Positions 33,181 through 42,800 of a stretch of 46,028 nucleotides of DNA are shown one piece after another; the first letter of the stretch is position 1; the number at the start of each line of letters is the position of its first letter. The notes below the pieces were generated by a model, which saw nothing but the letters and a program-made list of their open reading frames with translations, had not been told where the DNA came from and did not search any database. This DNA comes from a virus (lineage: Duplodnaviria; Caudoviricetes), in IMG/VR virus record IMGVR_UViG_3300031963_000269, positions 1 to 46,028 of that record; one strand, given 5' to 3'. The translations under genes were made by a program, and so were the position numbers.

Positions 33181-33464
33181 AATCACTTAGCAAATTACAT
33201 CAAGAGGCAATCACCCAAGCCCAAAACGAAACCGATCAAAACAAAGCGGCGGCGATGGCGATGATTGAGAAGCCAATTGAGATGATTAAGGCCATCATGC
33301 TCAAGCATGAATTGGCGGTCATCGAGGTGATGCGTGAGTTGCATGAGTCCCGTGAAGCGGCAGTCAGGGCAGAGCGTGAAGCCTGTGCAAAGTTGTGTGA
33401 GGATGGAATTATCAAAGGCGGTGAAGTGTTTGCCGCAAAAATCAGATCAAGGGGACAAGCATGA
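33177..33464 (+). CDS. EREACAK-motif phage protein 2
   Basis: EREACAKLC...KIRSRG. Confidence 0.7.
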   Translation: MKSLSKLHQEAITQAQNETDQNKAAAMAMIEKPIEMIKAIMLKHELAVIEVMRELHESREAAVRAEREACAKLCEDGIIKGGEVFAAKIRSRGQA

Positions 33465-33703
33465 CACAAGATGAAATCATTCGGTTTGCAATTCAATGCC
33501 GCCTTGTGACAACAGGTAATAGTGATGGCATATACATGGACGCATTAACTGAGTTTGCCAACCTTGTAGCCACCAAAGAGCGTGAAGCCTGTGCAAAGCT
33601 GGTTGATGAAGAAGCACTTGATGCCTATACTTTTGACGACTCCCTTGCGAGAGCAACTGAAGGTTACGCAAGATTAATCAGAGCCAGAGGAGAGCAAGCA
33701 TGA
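33461..33703 (+). CDS. EREACAK-motif phage protein 3
   Basis: MTQDE...FANLV...EREACAK...LIRARG. Confidence 0.7.
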   Translation: MTQDEIIRFAIQCRLVTTGNSDGIYMDALTEFANLVATKEREACAKLVDEEALDAYTFDDSLARATEGYARLIRARGEQA

Positions 33704-34164
33704 CACAAGAAGCATTACGCATGGCGCTTGAGGCGTTGGAAGAAAACCATCACCTTATTGAAGAACACGAACGACCTGAGTATCTGGTGCATTACGACCA
33801 AATAATTAGCTTACTCGCTAAAGCCTTAGCAAAAGAAAAAGCATTACAAGCACTGCATGATGAGAACGAACGCCTTGGGTTGTACAAGGATGCTTATGCA
33901 CAGCCAGAGCAAGAGCCTGTGGCGCATTGGTCAGATTGTGCTGTACATAGCGAGCCAGCATACCCAAAAGGTGAGTGTGACTGCGGTGGAATTGTTGCAG
34001 TCGCTGATTACACGGCACTATCCGACAAGTATGTTGCTTTGAAAGCACAGCGCACATGGGTTGGGCTGACTGATGAGGATTGGAAAGAAATAGAAGATAT
34101 GCCCGATACCTTTGACCAAGGTGTTGCATGGGCGCAAGCCAAACTCAAGGAGAAGAACACATGA
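33700..34164 (+). CDS. Mosaic phage protein
   Basis: ALRMALEALE, QPEQEPVA, HWSDCAVH...CDCG, WVGLTDE and AKLKEKNT modules. Confidence 0.72.
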   Translation: MTQEALRMALEALEENHHLIEEHERPEYLVHYDQIISLLAKALAKEKALQALHDENERLGLYKDAYAQPEQEPVAHWSDCAVHSEPAYPKGECDCGGIVAVADYTALSDKYVALKAQRTWVGLTDEDWKEIEDMPDTFDQGVAWAQAKLKEKNT

Positions 34165-34388
34165 GCAAACTTAAAAGCCTGACCATACCAAACCGTTACA
34201 AGGTAGATGCCAAAGAAATTTTGAATGAGGCGATGGACGAGGAGCCTGACACGGTGATTGTGCTGTGCTTCTGGAAAGACCGAGGTCAGTTCAAAATCAA
34301 GACTTCAATGATTCCTGACCGGCTGATGCTGATTGGGGCAATTGAAGAAGCCAAGAACAAAATCATTACGGATGGGTATACGCCATGA
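34161..34388 (+). CDS. Hypothetical protein
   Basis: AAGGAG RBS, ATGA overlap, LIGAIEEAK. Confidence 0.65.
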   Translation: MSKLKSLTIPNRYKVDAKEILNEAMDEEPDTVIVLCFWKDRGQFKIKTSMIPDRLMLIGAIEEAKNKIITDGYTP

Positions 34389-34399
34389 CAGGAGAACAC

Positions 34400-34579
34400 A
34401 TGAAATACGAAGACATCAAAGATTTCTATAAACGGTGTGAAGAACACCCTGACCATCAAAGCGGAATGATTAGCAACTCCATGCTTCAGCAACGGTTGCA
34501 TGAAGAAATTGACGAACTGCGTGAGTACATTGAACAGCAACTCAAGCAAGTGAACGGCTTTGCCGAGGAGAACACATGA
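34400..34579 (+). CDS. Hypothetical protein
   Basis: AGGAG RBS before ATG 34400; RCEEHPDHQSGM...EEIDELR. Confidence 0.65.
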   Translation: MKYEDIKDFYKRCEEHPDHQSGMISNSMLQQRLHEEIDELREYIEQQLKQVNGFAEENT

Positions 34580-34704
34580 AATTTATTTTTATACCCCTTT
34601 TTTGGGCAATGATTCCGCTTGCTTTTATTGTTGTTGTTTTTGATGTCGCAAAATCATTCGTAGAAGATAGAGTAGAAGCCAAATTTAAGGAGAAGAACAC
34701 ATGA
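34576..34704 (+). CDS. Small membrane protein (42 aa)
   Basis: Read manually: MKFIFIPLFWAMIPLAFIVVVFDVAKSFVEDRVEAKFKEKNT; GAGGAG RBS. Confidence 0.6.
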   Translation: MKFIFIPLFWAMIPLAFIVVVFDVAKSFVEDRVEAKFKEKNT

Positions 34705-34910
34705 TTGATCGGCTCATACTCAGCGTGGCGCTTATGGCAACAGGATGGAATGGCTTGTTCCCCGAACCCACGCCGCCAGTGGAAAAAACGCTGAAGCAAA
34801 AAGCAAAAGAACGACAGCTAAGTGAAATCTGTCTAAGAAAAGACAAAAGACACCAAAGTGAAACAGTCAAACGTATGTGTAAACGATGGAAGGAGCAACA
34901 AGGTGCTTGA
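34701..34910 (+). CDS. Hypothetical protein with N-terminal hydrophobic segment
   Basis: AAGGAG RBS; two Cys in a basic tail. Confidence 0.62.
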   Translation: MIDRLILSVALMATGWNGLFPEPTPPVEKTLKQKAKERQLSEICLRKDKRHQSETVKRMCKRWKEQQGA

Positions 34911-35085
34911 GGTACACAACATCAACGGCAGACTTACGACACGCAATGTTTGGTACACGACCGATGACTACGGCACGTTATGGCGATTTGTTGTAACAGA
35001 AGGCGGTGTTCGATTTTGGTGGGATGCAATTCATGAAACAGCGATGATGAAGATTCTTGGGTACACAGACTGGAGTAGGACATGA
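34903..35085 (+). CDS. Hypothetical protein
   Basis: AAGGAG RBS before GTG 34903. Confidence 0.55.
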   Translation: MLEVHNINGRLTTRNVWYTTDDYGTLWRFVVTEGGVRFWWDAIHETAMMKILGYTDWSRT

Positions 35086-35240
35086 TGGATGAAAAAGCAA
35101 TTCAAAAAGCGTGGGCCATGATGTCCAAGCACAACAACGAACTGTTACTTGAGAACGAGGAATTAAAGAAACAACTCATGCGAAAGAGCTTGTGGTACGC
35201 AGTCAAGCGAGCGATCAACATCTGGAGGGGGAAAGAATGA
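35082..35240 (+). CDS. Hypothetical protein (52 aa)
   Basis: Read manually: MMDEKAIQKAWAMMSKHNNELLLENEELKKQL...; ATGA overlaps. Confidence 0.55.
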   Translation: MMDEKAIQKAWAMMSKHNNELLLENEELKKQLMRKSLWYAVKRAINIWRGKE

Positions 35241-35398
35241 TTGAAGCAATCAGAACATTTTTTGGGAAAGTGCGGGGTGAGCGTGGCGAGCGTAAAACAA
35301 TTGTCAATCAAGGCTTGGTCTACAGATGCACCAAGTGCAATCTTCTTTTTTTAACCAAAACAGCAGGAGAGCAACATGACTGCCGTGAACGCCTTTGA
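35237..35398 (+). CDS. Small Zn-finger protein
   Basis: YRCTKCNLLF...HDC; GGAGG RBS. Confidence 0.6.
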   Translation: MIEAIRTFFGKVRGERGERKTIVNQGLVYRCTKCNLLFLTKTAGEQHDCRERL

Positions 35399-35615
35399 TT
35401 GGAGGGTTTACACAGAAGAAGAAATTGCAAAGAGGGGCGATCCTTTTGCGGTGTTAAACAAAAACGCTTTGCGAAGCGCCAATGTCACAGAGGGTGTTCA
35501 CAAACTACGGCAGAAGAACCCATCTCACGGAACACTGCATGGCTTAACAAAAAAGCGTTTAAACATCAAGCAACCAGAAATGATGAGGTCACCAAATGCC
35601 AAGGCCAAAAAGTGA
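35376..35615 (+). CDS. Hypothetical protein
   Basis: AGGAG RBS; NAFDWR motif. Confidence 0.62.
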   Translation: MTAVNAFDWRVYTEEEIAKRGDPFAVLNKNALRSANVTEGVHKLRQKNPSHGTLHGLTKKRLNIKQPEMMRSPNAKAKK

Positions 35616-35787
35616 AATAACAGGCTCAACCAAAGGAATTGGTATGAGGATGTCTACATGGGAGCATGAGACTTACATGGCTTTAGGGGGTAATAGGTGG
35701 CTCAGAGCGTTCTTGAAACAAAAAAGAATTGAAATGGTTAAGGAGGCGCACCAGAAGCCGCCTCTGTCTTTGAAGGAAATAAAATGA
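35596..35787 (+). CDS. Small putative DNA-binding protein
   Basis: MPRPKSE...GMRMS...LGGNRWLRAFL. Confidence 0.65.
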   Translation: MPRPKSEITGSTKGIGMRMSTWEHETYMALGGNRWLRAFLKQKRIEMVKEAHQKPPLSLKEIK

Positions 35788-35984
35788 GAGTTTATATGGT
35801 AGCCAGCAACAATGGCTCACGTTTGGTCAGAGCAGGTCACAGAGCGCAAGCATTGCAGTTTGTAGCCGCTCAGGATTACACAATCAGGGTCGCCTCTCAG
35901 GATGATCTGATCAAGTGCCTGTCCGAAGGCAAGACTGTTGAAACGGCGGTTGCGCCAGACCAAACCAAGCTTGAATTGGAATGA
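35784..35984 (+). CDS. Conserved hypothetical phage protein
   Basis: RLVRA...QALQFVA...VASQDDL. Confidence 0.7.
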   Translation: MRVYMVASNNGSRLVRAGHRAQALQFVAAQDYTIRVASQDDLIKCLSEGKTVETAVAPDQTKLELE

Positions 35985-36460
35985 TTGTTAGCATGACTCC
36001 ATCCGAGTCTGCTATAGCATTGACCTTGGCGGTAATGAGAAATACCACCGCTAGGGTCAATGGAGTAACAGACAAACAAATGGGTAAACAAAACCCAATT
36101 GAAATAGATCGGGACGGCATTCTTGCGGAGATGGCATTCGGGAAACAATTTAATTTGTATCCTGACTTGTCTGTATACCCTCGCAAGGGAGGCGCTGACC
36201 TGATCACTCACGCTGGCTTAAAGGTAGACATCAAAGCCACCAGATATAAGTCTGGAAGGCTTTTGATTCACATTGATAAGCCGGTGGAGGAGGTGGATAT
36301 TTATGTGCTTGGTATAGTTGACAACGACACTGTTGACTTTGTTGGGTATATAAAATCTGAAGACGCAATCCAACCGCAGAATTTAAACGACTTAGGTCAT
36401 GGTTCGGGTTACGTTATCGAGCAAGCCAACCTTAAAAAATTTAAGGGCGATGCAAAATAA
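35981..36460 (+). CDS. Putative PD-(D/E)XK nuclease-fold protein
   Basis: GILAEMAF...GADL...VDIKAT...DIYVL. Confidence 0.62.
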   Translation: MIVSMTPSESAIALTLAVMRNTTARVNGVTDKQMGKQNPIEIDRDGILAEMAFGKQFNLYPDLSVYPRKGGADLITHAGLKVDIKATRYKSGRLLIHIDKPVEEVDIYVLGIVDNDTVDFVGYIKSEDAIQPQNLNDLGHGSGYVIEQANLKKFKGDAK

Positions 36461-36848
36461 TATTAAATGGGAACTGGTGAGAAACAAAATTGAAAAACAA
36501 CATTACTCAGCCATTGCTGGACTGGGATGCTCACTCTGTCGCCATCTTGGCTACGGTGAAACTCCGTGTGAAATCCACCATATACGAAGAGCAGGGAAGC
36601 GAGACAACGCCCCTGTCATTGGACTATGCCCCGAACACCACAGAGGAAACAGCGGAGTCCACGGCTTAGGTCGGAAAGCCTTTGAGAGGAAATACAAAAC
36701 CTCCGAGGAAGAATTGCTTGTTAAATCCCTAGAGATTCTGATAGCCGCAGGTGTTGGCGGGCCACTCGTGCAAGCTGGGCTTGAAGCTCGTTTACACGCC
36801 TTAACCGCTCATCTGGCGGAATATTCTGGCTATTCTGTATCAACCTGA
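36450..36848 (+). CDS. Ref-like (RecA-dependent) HNH nuclease
   Basis: GCSLC...CEIHHIR...IGLCPEHHRG..GVH..G.KAFE; start uncertain (ATG 36450 or GTG 36477); 3' end overlaps the convergent giant gene. Confidence 0.72.
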   Translation: MQNNIKWELVRNKIEKQHYSAIAGLGCSLCRHLGYGETPCEIHHIRRAGKRDNAPVIGLCPEHHRGNSGVHGLGRKAFERKYKTSEEELLVKSLEILIAAGVGGPLVQAGLEARLHALTAHLAEYSGYSVST

Positions 36849-39800
36849 TTTGGCTGTTGATCTTGCCCATGTTGTCGGCAATTCGATTCAAAGCAGGGGC
36901 GGCACGGAGTAGTTTGACCTTGTCTTCGTCAGCATAAATCTCTTTGATGGCCTCGTAAGCGCCAGAGGACTTGTAGTCTTTGACTGCCGCAGAGACTTCA
37001 TTTGCTGTTCTGTACAACTCATAGAAGTCGCCCACCACCTTGTCCCTTGTGGGGTCGGTGATGAAGGATTTGAAGAACGGTTGCTGTGCAAGGTTCTTGT
37101 CCATTGGGGTTTCGCCCTTGACCTCAGTCACCGCCTTATCAACCAAAAAGGTCGTGAAGGTTCCCCATTCAGCAAAGTAACCTTGGATCAGGTGATCAAG
37201 CTTGGCTGGTGAAAGACCGAGCTTTCCAAGTCCAGCCTCGCTCAATGCCTTGGCTGTCTCAGATGCCCTGCGTCCACGCAACTCAACAGGAAGCTTGGAC
37301 TCACCAATGCTTTCAATTGGACTGAATGTAAACAGCGAGTAGTTGGTAATTGCTTCAAAGGCGGGTTTAAACAATTGAGGCAACGGAACCGCATCCCCGG
37401 GGAGGCTATTCAAAAGACCAGACCTGTAGGAGGCAATGACTTGCTTGCCTGTGCTGTTTCCATTCAAATAGCGAACCATCGCCTCTGGAACTGTCTTGAG
37501 CAAGAAGCCAACTTCAAATGGGGTTGGGATTTTGATGAATCCATCGCCAAGTGGATTGGTGATAAGCCAGTTGTTGTCACGGATGTAGTCGGGTACTTTC
37601 TTGTACTCCTCATCATCTTGCATCATCATGGCGTAGGCAATGCTCATTAGACTCATCATCAATGCTCTGCGTTTAAACATTGCACGGGCCTCTGCTCGCT
37701 CCTTGGGCGGGAGTCCGTATCCAGTTGCGGCTTTGTATAAAACATCCAAGCTGGAGATTGCGGCAGACAAGAATGGAGTCATGTGACGCAATGCGGTAAG
37801 GACTGGCGAGTTGCCACGCACCGCAAAGTTGATCGACTCACGAGCCTTGTACACGGCTTCATTGGTGGCATCAACATCGTTTAAACCACGAGCCAAAGCT
37901 TCCTGCTTGGCTTTTTTGTAGATTGCCACACGAGTTGCCGCATCAGATGCCTCATGCATTTCCATCAGCTTACTGAGCATGGCAGAGGTATTGCCTCTAC
38001 CTGAGAACTTCTGACCAGCGGTTTCCAAGAAGTCTTGCAAGTCCAATGTGGAGTCAACAGGGCCAATCACGCCACGCTCTGCAAGCAAGCGAGCTTCTGC
38101 CGAATCTCTTCTGAGGATGCTGATGTATTCCTTGGCTGAGTGCAAAGGAGTCACCAAAGGACTATTGGTCAAGGCGGCTTGGATTGGGTCACGAATCAAC
38201 TGGCGAATCCAGAACATTGGGTTTAACAAAGCGCCAGCACGAAGAACACCTGTTGCACCCGAAATCGCCTTCATCAACCAGTTAAGCTCGTAGTGCATGG
38301 ACTCAAATGCGGCTACATCGTTCGGGTTGTCAACCACCACAGAGACAATGCCTTCCTTGTTGGCTTGCGGGTGGTTTTGATCTTTGTACCGCAAGTTGAT
38401 ATCTCTGTCGTTTGGCGTGGTGATCTTTGCCAATCCAAGTCCGCTCAATTGCTCAACTGCAACCTTGCGGGTCTGGTTCTGGTAAGCGCCAGCCAGCATT
38501 GAGGCGTACTGCTTACTGACGTTCTCCCAGATGTTGCGGAAGAGTTCAGCGCCCTCTAGCTGATGGGTCTTGGCTACGCTCTTTGTTCCTTTGTAAGAGT
38601 GACCAAAGCCCTCACCCATGCGCTCTTCCATGTCAGCAATGGAGGCGGCAAGGGATACATAGGATTTCTTGCCACGATACTCGCTGGCGGTCTTGGCATC
38701 CAGCAAGCCAACCTTCTCCCATAGATCAACCAGTGAGGTGTTTACATTTTTCCAAATAGAGAAGATGTCCCTGAGTTCTGGGACGTTCTGCATTTGTTGC
38801 TTTGCCCATGCAATCTGGGCCGCATCAACTTGCTTCTCTCTGTTTAAATGCTTGTCTGGAGGATTGACGGCGTTGTGCGCCGCATCCTCTTGCATGATCT
38901 CTTCACCACGCAAGGCACGAGCAACTTCAGCAACGTACCCACGACCGTCAAGACCAGAGTCCTTCACATACTGATTGTTGTTTAAACCGTCTGCCAGCAG
39001 TTGGCTGTTTGCCAAGTTGTTGACCGCATCGTTCTTGATGATGATGGAGCCATCGGTGTTGAGTACAGGTACACCGCTTGTCAAACCATTTTTGATCAGG
39101 TTGATGGACTGCGCTCTTGCACGGTTCAACATATCAGCACGAAGCTGACCCTTGCTGTCAAAGATGGGCAGGTTCTGCAACCGCTTGGTCAAGCCAGCAT
39201 TGGGGTCAACCCAGTTGATGCGAAGCTTTGTCCAAAACTCGTTGGGGTCTTTGTGAAAGACCTCATGCACATCATTTGCCACTTTTTGGATTTGCTGTCC
39301 CGCTGTGTAAACAGGTGTCTGTGCAGTCAGTTGCTTGGGGGGTGCGTTGAGCGCAAAACGGATGTCAGGATTGGTAACATCAAATGCTCCTTTGTTGCCT
39401 GTAGCAGATTTAACAGAAGTTCCTTTATTCCATGCGTATACATCACTACCATAGGAATAAAGTTTTTCTGGGTCAACGCTACTTTTAGCACGGGGGCCAA
39501 TATCAACTACTTGTCGAGCAACCAATACAGTACCCGCTGGCAGGGCTTGCGCTCGGCGATCCATCTCAAAGTAATTAAAACGGCGGCTACCATACTTATC
39601 GACAGTTACAGGGAATTCAATTAACTTATCCGCTTTAATATACAACGGAGTGACTGCACCGGTTTCTTCAAAATCAGCCTCTGGATTAGCATAGCTACTC
39701 GCTACATAGGGGGATGAAGAGCCAAATGCGGCGTACCCTTTCCGTGCTTCTGCGTTCAATGCGCCTTCCGCTATACCATTTTTCTCTAAACCAACCACCC

Positions 39801-42800
39801 CCCGATAAACAACAAGTGGGTTACCGTTTCCATCAACAACTTTGCTGTCGCCAAACCACCGTTTAAACTCAGGCGTATTGGTTGCACGGAGGCTGAAGCG
39901 GATGTCAGGGTTATCGATGCTGTATGTGCCAATGTTGCCTGTGGCAGATTTGACCTGTGCTGGGTCATAGACAGCCAAATTCTTTCTGCCGCCTTCAAGC
40001 ACAAAGAAGCCATCGTGACCAAGCTTCTTGATTGCGTTTTGCACTTTCTCTGACTCTATCGTGTTCCAGTGACCACGCTCAATAAAGCCACGATTCTTGT
40101 CACCATACTTCTTCTCGCCCTCTTTCAAGAAGCGGTTGTATTCTGGCTTGTTCAGTTCTTTGGTAAGCGCATCGACTTGTTCTTTGTTTCCAAAATCAAA
40201 TGGGTTATCCGAACTGACAAACATTGGAATAATGTTTTGGCGAGTCGGCAATTGATTCTTCAAAACATATGTAACTTCTTGCTCAATTGAAGGTGGGATA
40301 AAACCAAAAGTCACATCCATTTGAGAGAATTCAGACTTGATCTCTGCAAATTCTTTTAAAGATATGTCTCCATTTTTGCGAGCAACATTTGCCCCATCCA
40401 TGATGTACTTGTTTCTCTCTTCTGGTGTCGCTCCGTTGAAGAGTTCTTTGATCATGTAGGCTTCGCTTGCATCTCCAAAGTCTTCTGCAAATGTTGGGTC
40501 AGAAGTCAAGAAGATGGCGTTAGCTTGTTTGGGCTTGAACTCAGTGATGTCACGAGCAGTACCGTGGAACATGACTAGAGGATTGCCTTTGTAATCCACA
40601 ATTTTGCTGTTACCAAACCAGCGTTTAAACGCAGGAGTGTCTGGCGCTTTAATTCTGGATGCTGGCTGGCGCAAAGAGAATTTAAATTTTGTAGCGATAG
40701 GTGCGGAGGGAGGCAGACTTCCAAGCTGTTGCTCAGGAGTCAACTCTTCCATCAATTTGCGCATAGGAACATCTGTCAGCGGATCACCGCTCAATGCATA
40801 TTGAATAGGTGGCAGAGCCGCCTTCTGAATGGCATAGGGGCGATCAATCAAAGGAATGGCTTCAACGCCTTTGGTAAAGTTCTGCCAAGCATTTTGCAAG
40901 CGAGTCTCAGCAATTAGCGCCCATTTAGCCATTGGGTCTTTGGTAACTGCCAAATGGTTACGAGCGGCGGTAAGCTCACCTCTTGGCCCAAACTCCGCTG
41001 GAGTCAAGTTGTGGGCGTAGTAGTCATGGACTGCACGAAGCAAGTCGTTGTACAGCATGGGGTAGCCGTTGGCATCCTTCAGGCCAGAGTCTTTGAGCAA
41101 AGGATGGGACTTGAAGTTTGATCCCTTTGGGCCAAATGTGTCGGGCGATGTTTTGTAAACCTTAAGTCGGTTGTTTAAATTGACATCGTCACGCATGGCT
41201 CTACTGCCAAGCTCTTTGGGGTATATGTCTTTGTTGTCTGCTTCAATGCGAGCAAGCAGTCCACCCTTCTTTTGCCAATCGGAGTCTGGTACACCGTAGT
41301 GGTCTTGCAAATACTTGATGGCGCTGTCGGCTTCAGCCTCGGTCATGCCACGAGTCAAGTCGGCTTTGAGTTCTTCAACTCCCTTTTTGCTAAAGTAGTT
41401 ATAGGACTTGCCATCCATCATCACATCAGTGACAACCTCAATCTTGATGGGGAGTATCTTGTACTGCTCAATCAGTTCACGAGTAAGAGCGGTGTATGCC
41501 CTGCGGACAATCGGACGCTTGAGATCGTTGTTGGGCAATGCCTCAAAAATTTGGGCAAGGCTTTTTTGCGCCGCAATCTCGTCCTTGTTTAAACCCTTCT
41601 GCTTGAACCCAGTGACAGGCTCGCCTTTGAAGTATTCAGCAATTAGCTTTGAGCTTCGGGTGTCGTGAGCTTGCTTGGGACGAACGTCACCTGCAATTGA
41701 TTCATATCCAAGTCTGGCTCCGTCTCCAGTTCCATAGACGTAGAGCCGTTCAACACTTGGTTTGACCGCTTTATCGCTTCTGCCCACCACTCGGGCGAGG
41801 GCCTTGTCGAGGGATTTGACTTGCTGGATGTATTCTTCATAAGCCTTCTCTGTGTTTTCAAATGGGTCTACAAAGTAGGTGGTGGCAGTCCACTGGGTCT
41901 TGCCGTCCTTTTCTTTGCCAGCCACGGTGATTGCTGGGATACCTGTTTCTTTGATGATCTCTGCAAGCTCGTCATTTGTCAACTGGCGATTGATGCCCAT
42001 CTTCCATACGTTGGTAGCATATGAACCATCGCCAAAGTCGTGACCAAATGGATATGCCGTAGCCTGACGGACATGAACTTGTTGTTGATTAAAGTTGGTT
42101 GCAAACCTTGCCAGTGCCGCCATAACTTCTTTGCGGTCTGCCTCTGGAAATGCAAGAGAGGCATTGATGGCTGGCTCACGCTCGGAACCATACGCACCCA
42201 TGACAGGCTCAATCTTGACCTTGGCAGATGCACCACTGAGCAAATGCTCAAGGTGCGCCTTGGCTGTGTCTTGCAACACGGCATAAGCTTTCTCATCTCC
42301 GCTCATGGAGCGTTGATATAGCTCGTTTAAACCGGGTATGCTGGATGTGACATTTGAGAGGTTAACCGTGATCTTTTCACGAATGTCTTTCTCTTCACGC
42401 AGTCTTACGCCACCTTCTGGCTGATAGGACTTGTCATAGCTAGAGCCACCTTCTGCAATGGTTTTGCCAGCGTCACTGCCAACCCATTGGGGGTCTTGCA
42501 TACCGCCAGCAATCTTGATGATCTTCTCTCTGGCTTCATCAAATGTTTGTTCGCCATTCTTGTACTTCGTCCACTGCCCACGGATGGGGGCCTTCATGGT
42601 GGCTTTCATATTTTCATCGAACAAGCCACGCACAGCCTCCCAAGTGATGGACTGCATCTCTCTGGCCTTCATGCCAACCTGCTTGGCGGCATCACGATAG
42701 GCATCAGCAATCAAGCCATATGTACCACCAACACCAATGTTGTCGGCAGTGCCAGTTGCTCCAAAGTTTTGTGCAACAGCCAAGTCAGTGCCAGCCAAAG

